Shown here: piece after piece, positions 25,565-35,097 of the stretch | Position numbering within the stretch: position 1 is the first letter of the stretch | Layout of the letters: each line of letters starts with the position of its first letter | Assembly: GCA_965203905.1 (NCBI GenBank) | Contig: CBDBDQ010000005.1 | Span: 7,168,001-7,232,000 of the forward strand | DNA from: Spirochaetia bacterium | GTDB lineage: Bacteria > Spirochaetota > Spirochaetia > SZUA-6 > Bin103 | Length of the DNA stretch: 64,000 bases | Direction of reading: 5' to 3' | The notes under the pieces: generated by a model | What the model saw: only the letters and a program-made list of their open reading frames with translations | Database searches by the model: none | What the model was told of the DNA's origin: nothing | Program-made: the position numbers and the translations under genes

Positions 25565-26510
25565 ACTGGAGTACGCGGTCGCGAAACCGCGGCAGCGGTT
25601 CGTGCTCGAAGTCGGGGTAGATCACCATTTCCTTGGGCGCCGTGATCTTGTTGTAGGCCGCGAACTGGGTCGAGGGCGGACATACCTGATCCATCAGGCC
25701 CACGCCCATCAGCACCTGCGCCTGGATGCGTGCGGCCAGATGCTGGACGTCGATGTAGCCGAGGCGCTCGAAGTAGAAGTGCTCCCGTTCGTGGGTGGGA
25801 TCGAACATGCGGAAGAAGTCACGCAACTCGCGGTAGGCGCGCTCGGCCTGATCCATCTGCCACACGCGCTGGTAGTCGCACAGGAACGGGTAGACCGGGG
25901 CCGCGCGCCTGATACGTGGCTCCAGGGCGGCACAGGCCAGCGTCAACCCGCCCCCCTGGGAGGCGCCGGTGGCACCGACGCGGGCGGCGTCCACTTCGTC
26001 CAGCGCCATCACGATGCGTGCCAGTGCCGCGGTGTCGAGGAAGATCTGGCGGTACAGGAGCTGGTCGGGGCCGTCGGCCAGGCCGCGAATGATGTGGCCG
26101 TACAGGGTGTTCCCGCGCACCCCGCCCGGATCCTCCGACTCGCCTCCCTGGCCGCGGCAGTCGAGCGCCGCCACGGTGAATCCGGCGGCCACGAAGGCGA
26201 GCAGCTCCGACCACTCGGGAGAGCTGCCCCGGTAGCCGTGGAACATGAGCACGGCCGGCCCGGGGGCGGCCACCGCCGCCGGCTGCAGCAGCTTGGCGTG
26301 GACCCGGGCACCGCCCACACCGGTGAAGTAAAGGTGCCGGCAGCGGGCGCAGGGCACCTGGAATCGGGCATCCACCAGCTCGACCGCATGGTCTGTTGCG
26401 TCCAACTCGGCGCCCGCGCGCTGCCAGTATTCATCGAAGTCCGCGGGACGCGGATTGCAGCCGCCGTAGCGCTTCAACTCGGCGAGCGGGAGGTCGAACA
26501 GGCCTGGCAT
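25548..26510 (-). CDS. Acetylxylan esterase / cephalosporin-C deacetylase (CE7)
   Basis: FHGY, DCRGQGG, GASQGG nucleophile, DQVCPPSTQFAAYN, HE. Confidence 0.9.
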   Translation of the reverse strand: MPGLFDLPLAELKRYGGCNPRPADFDEYWQRAGAELDATDHAVELVDARFQVPCARCRHLYFTGVGGARVHAKLLQPAAVAAPGPAVLMFHGYRGSSPEWSELLAFVAAGFTVAALDCRGQGGESEDPGGVRGNTLYGHIIRGLADGPDQLLYRQIFLDTAALARIVMALDEVDAARVGATGASQGGGLTLACAALEPRIRRAAPVYPFLCDYQRVWQMDQAERAYRELRDFFRMFDPTHEREHFYFERLGYIDVQHLAARIQAQVLMGVGLMDQVCPPSTQFAAYNKITAPKEMVIYPDFEHEPLPRFRDRVLQFMLDL

Positions 26511-26511
26511 C

Positions 26512-26703
26512 TCATGCTCCTCGTTGCAACAGTGCGATCTGGCCGGCGTGGTAAACGCCGTGCCGCCCGACGGCGGCGTGCGCGCCGCAGTGCTCGCGTC
26601 GACACCCGCCAGGGCGCCCAGCACCGACGGCACGTAGTACGTAGTAGGCGGAGCCCTCGAAGGTCTGCGCCAGGAGGCGAGCGATGCGTGCCGTCTCGCT
26701 CAT
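26512..26703 (-). pseudogene. DinB-family gene remnant
   Basis: DinB-like N-terminus MSETARIARLLAQTFEG, out-of-frame PSVLGALAGVDASTAA, C-terminal HGVYHAGQIALL; middle missing; 7-bp tandem duplication at 26633-26646. Confidence 0.65.
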
Positions 26704-27485
26704 CGGGCGACTCCCTGCGCCGCGCCGTGGCGTTCACGCGCGCCGGCGAGCCAGCTCCGCAACTCCTCCCACAGCGCCCGGTAGGCCGCGGTCGCCGGGG
26801 CAGCCGCACGATGCGCGACGATCGGTTTGCGCGTCAGCCCCATCCGCTCGATTTCGGCGCGGTTGGGAATGGCCGTGTTCCAGAACCGCGCATCGCGCCG
26901 CCGCAACTCCGCCATGGCGTCGCGATGTAACCGTTTGCGCTGCTCCACCATGGAGAAGAACGGCCGAATCCGCTCGCGATCGGCGCCGGTCTTCGCCGCC
27001 AGCACCACCAGCTCCTCGTAGGCGCGAATCGCCAGCGGGGTCGGCACCACCGGTACCAGCAGCAGGTCGGCGACGGTCATCACCTGCTCCAGCAGGCGGC
27101 CGGCACTCGGCGGGCAGTCGAGGACCACCCAGGGATAGGAGCGGCGTACGCCGCGCAGTGCGGCGCCGATCCCGTGTCGCTTCGTGGCGCGCCGCTCCAG
27201 CAGCCGCTCCAGATGGCGCAACGCCAGCCGCGACGGCACCAGGTCCAGTCCCGGATACGGCGTATTCGCCACCTGGCCGGCCACGCCCGCCCGACCCCGC
27301 AGCAGGCGTGCGGGCTTGCGTCTGAGCGAGGCGGTTGGCGACAGATAGAAGCCGGCCGCCCCCTGGGCGTCCAGGTCCCACAACAGCGCGGGACCGTCGC
27401 TGCGCGCCGCCAGCAGTGCCAGGTTGACCGCGGTGGAGGTCTTGCCGACGCCTCCCTTCACGCTGCAGAGGGCCAGCACGGTCAC
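26700..27485 (-). CDS. ParA/MinD-family ATPase (orphan)
   Basis: KGGVGKT deviant Walker A, DLDAQG, LDCPP; no parB nearby. Confidence 0.9.
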   Translation of the reverse strand: MTVLALCSVKGGVGKTSTAVNLALLAARSDGPALLWDLDAQGAAGFYLSPTASLRRKPARLLRGRAGVAGQVANTPYPGLDLVPSRLALRHLERLLERRATKRHGIGAALRGVRRSYPWVVLDCPPSAGRLLEQVMTVADLLLVPVVPTPLAIRAYEELVVLAAKTGADRERIRPFFSMVEQRKRLHRDAMAELRRRDARFWNTAIPNRAEIERMGLTRKPIVAHRAAAPATAAYRALWEELRSWLAGARERHGAAQGVAR

Positions 27486-27489
27486 TTGC

Positions 27490-29103
27490 TCACAGCCCTG
27501 CCACCGCGCCGATCAGGCGCTTCCGCAGACGCGGCCAGCGCCGTGCGAAGTCTTGCGCCGCAGCGTGCTCCATGCGCCCCAGCTGCTCCAGGATCGCCCG
27601 CGCCAGCGTCACCGCGGCTGCAGCGGCCTCCCCTTCCGCCGAGCGCTCCAGCAGCGGAACGACGGAACGGATCTCGGTGGCGGCCACGGCATCGTCGTTG
27701 AGCTCTCCAAGTGTCGTCTGCGCGGCGGCACAGCGCTCCACGATCGAGTCCAGAGCCCGATTGGCGCTGCGGCGCGGCAGGGCACCGGCGAACAGCTCGG
27801 CCGTGTACCGCAGCCGTTTCAGCCGCAGTCTCAGCCGGTGCAGGTCGCTGACGCGGACGGCGGTGGGCGCCGTCGCGGCGCGGCCCACTTTGATGGCCCG
27901 CGCCAGTGCCGTGCGGATCGCGGCCGCCGCCACCGCCGTCACCGGCTCGTCGACGCCGCCGACTCCTCCTCCCCAGTGCGACAGCAGGCCCGGCAGGTAC
28001 GCCAGCTCGGCGCGCGGCAACGCCTCCTGTACCCGCTGCAGCCGCGCGGCGCGCTGCGCGGACAGCGCATCCGCCAACTGCCGCAGTGCCCGGTCCCGCG
28101 TGCGCGCCACGGGTCGTTCCGCACCTTGCAGGTCGTCGTACACCGCTTGGGCCAGCGCGTCGAGGCGTGGCAGGAGCACGTCGAGATCGCGCACCGGCCC
28201 GATCAGTCGGGCCAGCGTGCCGAGCCGGTCGCGGAGGTCGCGTGCCTGCTGGCGATCGGCGAGGGCGGCGATGCGCAGCGCGAAACGGGCGCGCCGGGTG
28301 GCCACCCGGACGTCGTGCACGTATTCGGGATGACGGTCGTGGAGGACGCCGTCCAGGCAGCTCGCCAGCCGCAGCCCCTGGAGCCGTACCGACTTGGACA
28401 GCAGCGTGACCAGGCGGTCGCCGCGCCGCAGCCGCAACGGCCGCGGTACCGGCAGGCCGGGAGGCAGGCGTCCCAGCAGCTGCAAGCCGTTGGCGAGCGG
28501 ATCCCAGCGTGGCGCCGGCTGGCCCTTGCCGCAGCCGAGGAGGGCCGCATGCTCGGTCAGAACCAGGTCGAGGTAGGCCTGATCGTGCGGCGGGCCCGTG
28601 TCCGGCTCCAGGTACCAGCGCGGCGCAACGGCGCACACCTGCTCCGGAACGGCCGCGGCAGGCCGCGTGTCGGCGCCGTTGACGGCTGCCTGCTCCGGGT
28701 CGAGTTGGGCGGCGGAGAATGGCCCGCGGAAGCTCCACCCCTCAATCACCAGCGTCAGATCCCGGGTGGCCACGGAACGCAGCCGCAGCGCCGAACCGCT
28801 GCGCCGCGCGTGCAGCACCGGGTGCAGGTCCTTCTCGACGGGAAGCCATGGCGCGCGGCCGCGCAACTCGGCCAGGGAGCTGCCGTCGATCCAACCCGCG
28901 CGGTCGGCGCTGAAACGCCAGCGTGGGGCGCCCCGCCGCGGGCATCGCGCAAGCCGACCGCCACGGGCGAAGATCGCGCCGTCCTGCGTATCCACGAACA
29001 GCAGCGACTCCACGAACTTGCGCTGCCGCGCCACCCGGAAGCCGATACTCTCGAGGCCCGATGTAACGTCGTTAAAGACTGCGCTCAACAAGTATTGCAG
29101 CAT
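27490..29103 (-). CDS. CHAD-domain protein with CYTH-like N-terminal region
   Basis: VHDVRVATRRAR, VRDLDV, LHRLRLRLKRLRY, QTTLGELND; N-terminal FVDTQDGAIF. Confidence 0.8.
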   Translation of the reverse strand: MLQYLLSAVFNDVTSGLESIGFRVARQRKFVESLLFVDTQDGAIFARGGRLARCPRRGAPRWRFSADRAGWIDGSSLAELRGRAPWLPVEKDLHPVLHARRSGSALRLRSVATRDLTLVIEGWSFRGPFSAAQLDPEQAAVNGADTRPAAAVPEQVCAVAPRWYLEPDTGPPHDQAYLDLVLTEHAALLGCGKGQPAPRWDPLANGLQLLGRLPPGLPVPRPLRLRRGDRLVTLLSKSVRLQGLRLASCLDGVLHDRHPEYVHDVRVATRRARFALRIAALADRQQARDLRDRLGTLARLIGPVRDLDVLLPRLDALAQAVYDDLQGAERPVARTRDRALRQLADALSAQRAARLQRVQEALPRAELAYLPGLLSHWGGGVGGVDEPVTAVAAAAIRTALARAIKVGRAATAPTAVRVSDLHRLRLRLKRLRYTAELFAGALPRRSANRALDSIVERCAAAQTTLGELNDDAVAATEIRSVVPLLERSAEGEAAAAAVTLARAILEQLGRMEHAAAQDFARRWPRLRKRLIGAVAGL

Positions 29104-29188
29104 GCGCGGCAGAGCCCGTGCTGTCAAATCGCAGAACCGCGCGCCGCCGGCCCGCAGGGCGCTGTATGCTAAACGCACGGAGGGCGCA

Positions 29189-29416
29189 ATGGGGACCATG
29201 GGGATCGTGCTGCTGAATCTTCTGTACTCGCTCGTCGGCGGAGGCGCCGCCATCGCCTTCATGTTCTTCGGCTATCGGGTGATCGACCACGTGACGCCGT
29301 TCGACACCGCGGAGCAACTCAGGGCGGGTAACGTGGCGGTCGGGATCATGGTAGGCGGCATGTTCGTCGGCATCGGCATCGCCGTCGGCCTGGTGGTCGG
29401 CATGGGGCTCAATTGA
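29189..29416 (+). CDS. DUF350-family small membrane protein
   Basis: IDHVTPFD..EQLRAGNVAVG motif, two TM helices, GGAGG RBS. Confidence 0.8.
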   Translation: MGTMGIVLLNLLYSLVGGGAAIAFMFFGYRVIDHVTPFDTAEQLRAGNVAVGIMVGGMFVGIGIAVGLVVGMGLN

Positions 29417-30096
29417 GCAACGCGGCGCGGTGCGAACGGCGCCCGGCGTGGCTGGCGGCTGCGTTCGCCGCATTGGCGGCTCTGGGGTGCGCTCCGGCGG
29501 ATGAGGAGCAGGCGGCTGCCGGGGCAGCGCTGGAGTCGGCGCGGGAACCGGCCGCCGGCACCGACTCGGCTCTGTCCGCTGGTGCCGCGCTGCCGGGCAA
29601 GCTGCCGGTGGAGCACCACCAGTGGACGACCCGGTACGATCATCACTTCCGCAAGTACTCGAAACGGTTCTTCGGTCCCGGCTTCGATTGGCGCTGGTTC
29701 AAGGCCCAGGGCATCGCGGAGTCCAGCCTGCAGGAAGACGCGGTGAGCTGGGTCGGCGCCAAGGGAATCATGCAGATCATGCCCGCCACCCTGCAGGAGA
29801 TCGCCGAGAAGTCGTCGCTCCCCGTGCTCGACAGCAGCGATCCCGGCCTCAACATCGCCGCCGGCGTGTTCTACGACCGCAACCTGTACGAACGCTGGGA
29901 CGACATTCCGCACACCCATGAGCGGCTGGCGTTCACCTTCGCCAGCTACAACGGCGGCCGCAGCCGCATCCTGCGGGCCCAGGAGGCGTGCACCGGCGAC
30001 TGCGAACGATGGGGCCACGTCACCCACCACGCCCCGGAAGAGACCCGCGGCTACGTCGCCCGCATCATGTCTCTCATGGGCCACCAGCAGCCGTAG
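29413..30096 (+). CDS. Lytic transglycosylase (SLT domain), probable lipoprotein
   Basis: ALGC lipobox, AESS, GAKGIMQIMP, SYNGG, ETRGYV. Confidence 0.88.
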   Translation: MSNAARCERRPAWLAAAFAALAALGCAPADEEQAAAGAALESAREPAAGTDSALSAGAALPGKLPVEHHQWTTRYDHHFRKYSKRFFGPGFDWRWFKAQGIAESSLQEDAVSWVGAKGIMQIMPATLQEIAEKSSLPVLDSSDPGLNIAAGVFYDRNLYERWDDIPHTHERLAFTFASYNGGRSRILRAQEACTGDCERWGHVTHHAPEETRGYVARIMSLMGHQQP

Positions 30097-30128
30097 CCGT
30101 TCATTTGTATGAGCCCGGTAGCGCGTGG

Positions 30129-30707
30129 TTACGACCTGTCTCGGGAAGCCGCTCTCACACTCCTCATGAAGGCCGTAAACGTGGGGCTGCGACGGGCAAT
30201 TATGCTCGGCGTAACCTGCTCGGCGATCTGCGGGTCGTGGCGCGTCTTTATGAATTTGCGCCCGTTGTCGCGGAAGATCCTGCGAAGGATCTCGGCGGGC
30301 TGCGGACTATGTTCTGGGTTGCCCCGAACATTCACCCGCGCCCGTGGGCCGAGCACAGCCTGCAGTGCTTTTTCGTCGCAGGCAAGCCAACCCTCGAGTG
30401 CGCGGTCGACGATTGTGTATCGGACCGCCACCGTAGCGGCACGGTCCAGACGTCGCTGCGGTTGCACCACGCGTTGCTGCAATTGATCCGGGGTGGACTC
30501 TTCTCCATCGATACAAATCAGAATGCGATTCAGGTCGGGATGCTGCTGCAGCAGGCTGCGGACATACGGTTCCATCCGCTCGGCGGACAACATGCTGCCT
30601 CGGTCCACCACTCGACATCTGACCGCACCTCGGTAGCCGATCTTCCGGATCAGAATCGGGAGCGTATCCTTGTCACTCTGCCCTTCGACGAACAGTCCGA
30701 GGCTCAC
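30129..30707 (-). CDS. DUF4276-like (TOPRIM-fold) protein
   Basis: LFVEGQSD, ICIDGE, LEGWLACD, NPE, SPTF; GTGA overlap with the upstream ATPase. Confidence 0.7.
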   Translation of the reverse strand: MSLGLFVEGQSDKDTLPILIRKIGYRGAVRCRVVDRGSMLSAERMEPYVRSLLQQHPDLNRILICIDGEESTPDQLQQRVVQPQRRLDRAATVAVRYTIVDRALEGWLACDEKALQAVLGPRARVNVRGNPEHSPQPAEILRRIFRDNGRKFIKTRHDPQIAEQVTPSIIARRSPTFTAFMRSVRAASRDRS

Positions 30708-31810
30708 GGCACGCCGCCGAGATAGCCCGCATACCAAGCATCTCCGGCACCCAGTTCCTCCACCAGTTCTCGCGTGTCAACATCGCCCCGCAACGGTCGC
30801 ACCGTGGTAGCGCCATCTGCTTTCTCCACCACCACGAAGTCCTCGTGCGGCAACCAGCGCAACAGATACGGCGAGTGGGTTGTAACAATCACCTGGGTTT
30901 CCGCGGAGGCGGATTTCAGGAGATCGGCGATCGCCTCCAGCATGCGGGGATGAATGCCGGCTTCGGGGGACTCCAGGCATATGAGATCAGGCGGTTTGGG
31001 GGTGACCAGGGCGACCCCGATGGCGAGGGCCAGCAGCGTGCCGTCGGAGAGCCCCCAGGAACCTACGGGGTGTGGAACTCCGCGCTCCGCCAGGGCCACG
31101 TAGGTCTGCCCCTCTCCAAAGATTGGAGACACGAGCCGTTCCACGGTGGGGACACACCCTCTGAGAAAGTCCAGCGCGTCGTCGAGCGCCGGATGGCCGT
31201 CGGAAAACAGGGTGTGTACTACCGTAGCGAGATTGCTTCCGTCCACGTCCAACCGATAGTCCCGAGTAATAGGCTTGGGACCTCTGGTTTCGCCGGGCAC
31301 AAGATTGTGGAAGCTCCAATCGGGGAGCCGCAGTTTGGGGATCTTCCGCACCAACGTCTTGGTGATGCCGAGGTGAGCCACGCTATAGGCGCCATCGGGG
31401 GGATTCGCGAGAACGCCACTCGATAGTGCAACTCTATTGCCCTCTCGTGCGATCACTCGCGCCTCGTTCACGACAAGCGACTCGGGATCGGCGACGACGC
31501 CAAGTTGACCGAGTCTCTGGATGTTCGCGCAGAACGACACCCCAAGATCGGATTCCTGCTCAAAGTCGACTCCTACTCTCAACCTGGAATCAGACCTGCC
31601 ACCCCACACGACTTCCGTCCAGCCACCCCGAGCGTCTACCTCCTGATTCAGATTCCGTCCCTTCCACGCAAAAGCATCGATCAACCTCAGCGCATCCAAC
31701 ACGCTGGATTTGCCCGAGCCGTTGGGACCGATCAGTACCGTCAGTGGCCCGAGGTCAAGCTCGACGTTGCGGAGGCTCCGGAAGTTCCTAACCGCGATCC
31801 GGCTAATCAT
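30704..31810 (-). CDS. ABC-type AAA_21/AAA_15 ATPase
   Basis: NFRSL, GPNGSGKS, LSDG signature, LESPEAGIHP Walker B/D-loop, TTHSP. Confidence 0.88.
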   Translation of the reverse strand: MISRIAVRNFRSLRNVELDLGPLTVLIGPNGSGKSSVLDALRLIDAFAWKGRNLNQEVDARGGWTEVVWGGRSDSRLRVGVDFEQESDLGVSFCANIQRLGQLGVVADPESLVVNEARVIAREGNRVALSSGVLANPPDGAYSVAHLGITKTLVRKIPKLRLPDWSFHNLVPGETRGPKPITRDYRLDVDGSNLATVVHTLFSDGHPALDDALDFLRGCVPTVERLVSPIFGEGQTYVALAERGVPHPVGSWGLSDGTLLALAIGVALVTPKPPDLICLESPEAGIHPRMLEAIADLLKSASAETQVIVTTHSPYLLRWLPHEDFVVVEKADGATTVRPLRGDVDTRELVEELGAGDAWYAGYLGGVP

Positions 31811-31899
31811 CCCAGTCCCCATGCTACCACTCGCGCCCCGGAGCGCACAGGACGCATATTCTCGACAGTTCCGGCAAACCGGCGTTGGCGCGGCGGTGG

Positions 31900-32433
31900 T
31901 TACCAGCCCAGCCGCGTGCGCAGGGTGGTGATGTGGGCGAGGTGGTGGCGGGAGTGCCAGGCATACCCCTGGATGACGCGGCTCACCGTCATGGGACCGT
32001 CGTCGGGATGGTGCAGCGTGCGCAGCAGCAATTCCTGGTCCAGTGCCCGCAGGGCGGCCACCCAGCGTTCATGCAGCGCCTCCAGGAGGCTCAACGACGA
32101 CTGGAGCGAGGTGGTGCGGGCGTCCGGCAGCTCGGCCCAAGCCGCCTCGTCGTACGGCTTGATGACCGGATTCTCCTCGGTAAGGGCCAGCTTGGTGCGG
32201 AGGTAGGCGTTCAGGTGGCTGTCGGCGAGGTGATGCACCACCTGGCACACGCTCCAGCCGCCGGGCCGGTACGGCGTGGCGAGCTGACTCGCGGAGAGAT
32301 CCTGCACCTCGGCACGCAACTCGCCCGGCAGGGCCTCGATCACGTCGATCCAATGCGCATGTTGCTGCCGGGTCGGACGCGGCACCTCCCGAAACCGCCC
32401 GAGCGGGTACCTGAGTTGTTCCAGATCTTCCAT
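31900..32433 (-). CDS. YfiT/BstA-like DinB-superfamily metal-dependent thiol transferase
   Basis: LRYPLG, TPYRPGGWSV.QVVHHLADSH, PYDE..WAEL, YAWHSRHHLAHI. Confidence 0.9.
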   Translation of the reverse strand: MEDLEQLRYPLGRFREVPRPTRQQHAHWIDVIEALPGELRAEVQDLSASQLATPYRPGGWSVCQVVHHLADSHLNAYLRTKLALTEENPVIKPYDEAAWAELPDARTTSLQSSLSLLEALHERWVAALRALDQELLLRTLHHPDDGPMTVSRVIQGYAWHSRHHLAHITTLRTRLGW

Positions 32434-32553
32434 GGCGCGGATTATGCGAGCGGCGGCTCCCCGCGTCGAGCGGCCGGTATGCTATGGTCCCAATGTCGAA
32501 ATACGCACGCATGACCGCGCGGTTGCGGCTGAGTGAGCCCTGGAGGAGCAAAT

Positions 32554-33774
32554 ATGGCTGAAACGGTCGTCATAGCCGGAGCGCTGGACACCAAGGGGGC
32601 GGACTTCGCGTTCGTCAAGGAGCTGATCGAGGAAGCCGGGCTGGCTACCCTGGTGGTGGATTTCGGGGTGATGGGTGAGCCCGCGTTCGCCGCCGAGGTA
32701 AGCCGCCAGGAGGTGTGCGCGGCCGGCGGCGGCGACCTCGCACACCTGGCGTCGGGCAGCCACAAGGACGAGGCGATGGCCACCATGGCGCGCGGCCTTG
32801 CCGCCGTGGTGGGCAGGCTGCACGGCGAGGGACGGCTGGACGGCATCATCGGCATGGGCGGCAGCGGCGGCACCTCGCTGGCCACCACCGCCATGCGCGA
32901 GTTGCCGGTGGGAGTGCCCAAGGTGATGGTGTCCACGGTGGGCGGCGGGGACGTCAGCGCCTTCGCCGGCACCAAGGACATCACCTTCATGCCGTCGGTG
33001 GTGGACGTCGCCGGCCTCAACCGCATCAGCCGCGACATCTACGCCAACGCCGCCGGCGCCATCGCCGGGATGGTGCGCACCCGTGCCGGCAGCGCCGACA
33101 CTCCGGCCGCCGGCGAACGGCCGCTGCTCACGGCGTCGATGTTCGGCAACACCACTACCGCCGTGGAGCACGCCCGCGGCATCCTCGAGGCCGCCGGCTA
33201 CGAGGTGCTGGTGTTCCACGCCACCGGCAGCGGCGGGCGCACCATGGAGGGGCTGATCAGCGACGGCTACATCGCCGGCAGCCTGGACATCACCACCACC
33301 GAGCTGGCCGATACGGTATGCGGCGGCGTGTTCGATGCCGGTCCCGAGCGCTGCCTGGCGGCGTCCCGCGCCGGCATCCCGGCGGTGGTCGTTCCCGGCT
33401 GCGTGGACATGGCCAACTTCGGCGGTCCCGAGACCGTGCCCGCGCAGTACCGCGACCGGCTCCTGTACGAGTGGAATCCGGACGTCACCCTGCTGCGCAC
33501 CAGCGTGGAGGAGAACCGCCGCATCGGTGAGATGATCGCCGCGGCCGTGAACGCCGCAACCGCCGCGGTGGCGGTGGTGGTGCCGCTCGGCGGCGTGTCG
33601 ATGCTGGACAGCGACGGCGAGCGGTTCTGGGACCCGGCGGCCGACCGCGCCTGCTTCGACGCGATCCGCGACAACCTGCGCCAGGGCATCCCGTTCCTGG
33701 AGGATGCGCACAACATCAACGATCCTGCCTTCTCGGGGCGGGTCGCGAATCTGCTGCTGGAGATGCTGCCATGA
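32554..33774 (+). CDS. Tm-1-like ATP-binding domain protein (UPF0261)
   Basis: [47 protein letters not shown]; GGAGGA RBS. Confidence 0.9.
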   Translation: MAETVVIAGALDTKGADFAFVKELIEEAGLATLVVDFGVMGEPAFAAEVSRQEVCAAGGGDLAHLASGSHKDEAMATMARGLAAVVGRLHGEGRLDGIIGMGGSGGTSLATTAMRELPVGVPKVMVSTVGGGDVSAFAGTKDITFMPSVVDVAGLNRISRDIYANAAGAIAGMVRTRAGSADTPAAGERPLLTASMFGNTTTAVEHARGILEAAGYEVLVFHATGSGGRTMEGLISDGYIAGSLDITTTELADTVCGGVFDAGPERCLAASRAGIPAVVVPGCVDMANFGGPETVPAQYRDRLLYEWNPDVTLLRTSVEENRRIGEMIAAAVNAATAAVAVVVPLGGVSMLDSDGERFWDPAADRACFDAIRDNLRQGIPFLEDAHNINDPAFSGRVANLLLEMLP

Positions 33775-34610
33775 CCGGGATTCCGCGCCAGGAGATCCTG
33801 CGCCGGCTGCACGCCCAGGCCGCGGCCGGGACGCCGGTGGTGGGCTGCGGCGCCGGAACCGGCATCTCGGCCAAGCTCGCCGAGGCGGGCGGCGCCGACC
33901 TGATCATCATCTACAACTCCGGCCGCTACCGCATGGCCGGGCGCGGCTCGCTGGCCGGGATGATGCCGTACGGCGACGCCAACGGCATCGTGGTGGAGAT
34001 GGCCTCCGAGGTGCTGCCGGTGGTGCAGGATACGCCGGTGCTGGCCGGGGTGTGCGGCACCGACCCCTTTCGCCTGCTGCCGGTGTTCCTGCGCCAGCTC
34101 AAGGAGATCGGTTTCTCCGGCGTGCAGAACTTCCCCACGGTGGGACTCGTCGACGGCGAGTTCCGGATCAACCTGGAAGCCACCGGGATGGGCTACGACA
34201 AGGAGATCGAGGCGATCCGCCTGGCGCACGAGCTGGATCTGTTTACCTCCCCCTACGTGTTCGACGAGGAGCAGGCTGAGGCGATGGCGCGTGCCGGAGC
34301 GGACCAACTCGTCGCCCACGTCGGACTGACCACTTCCGGCAGCATCGGCGCGGGCGTCGCCATGAGCCTGGACCAGGCCATCGAGCGGGTGCTGGCGATC
34401 GCCGCGGCCGGCCGCCGGGTGCGCGACGACCTGCTGGTGATCTGCCACGGCGGCCCGTTCGACGAGCCCGAGACCGTCACCGAGGCGCTGGCGCGCATGC
34501 CCGGCATCGACGGGTTTTTCGGCGCCTCTTCGATCGAACGGCTGCCCACCGAGCGCGCCATCACCGGCCAGGTGCGGGCGTTCAAGGCGGCGCCCCTGGC
34601 GCCCCGCTGA
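33771..34610 (+). CDS. TIM-barrel signal transduction / PEP-hydrolase-like protein
   Basis: [48 protein letters not shown]; ATGA overlap. Confidence 0.9.
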   Translation: MTGIPRQEILRRLHAQAAAGTPVVGCGAGTGISAKLAEAGGADLIIIYNSGRYRMAGRGSLAGMMPYGDANGIVVEMASEVLPVVQDTPVLAGVCGTDPFRLLPVFLRQLKEIGFSGVQNFPTVGLVDGEFRINLEATGMGYDKEIEAIRLAHELDLFTSPYVFDEEQAEAMARAGADQLVAHVGLTTSGSIGAGVAMSLDQAIERVLAIAAAGRRVRDDLLVICHGGPFDEPETVTEALARMPGIDGFFGASSIERLPTERAITGQVRAFKAAPLAPR

Positions 34611-34616
34611 TTCGGT

Positions 34617-34979
34617 CTACTCCAGCACGAAGTCGCGTTCCGCGGTGGAGTAGGCGATGATCATCTCCGCATCCTCGACGCCGTTGTTGATGCCGTTGTG
34701 GAATACCCCGGCGGGGACCGAGATGGTGTCGCCCGGCTGCATGGCGAACGACTCGTCGCCGAGCGTGTGGGTGATGGTTCCGCGCAGCAGGTAGAGCACC
34801 TCTTCGCAGGTGCGGTGACAGTGGCGCGGGTTGGAGGTCCCCGCCTTGATGACCACGTGTCCGAGGGTGATGCCGTCGGCGTTGCCGATAGCGGCGTTGG
34901 CCAGCCAGCGCAGCGCGCCCCAGCTCTGATCCTGACGGGCGGCGAGGCTCTCGTGGTCCCGGTACATCGTTCGTTGCAT
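34617..34979 (-). CDS. Cupin domain protein
   Basis: HCH..CEEVLYLLRG, PGD...PAGVFH; AAGGAG RBS. Confidence 0.85.
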   Translation of the reverse strand: MQRTMYRDHESLAARQDQSWGALRWLANAAIGNADGITLGHVVIKAGTSNPRHCHRTCEEVLYLLRGTITHTLGDESFAMQPGDTISVPAGVFHNGINNGVEDAEMIIAYSTAERDFVLE

Positions 34980-35097
34980 GACATTCGCTCCTTGGCGCGG
35001 CAAGTGATGCTGCCGGCGATTGTGCGCGCACCACCGCATGCCTGTCGATACCTGGGAGGCTGTCTCGACGCTTGGGAGCGATGGCATAATCAGGGTC

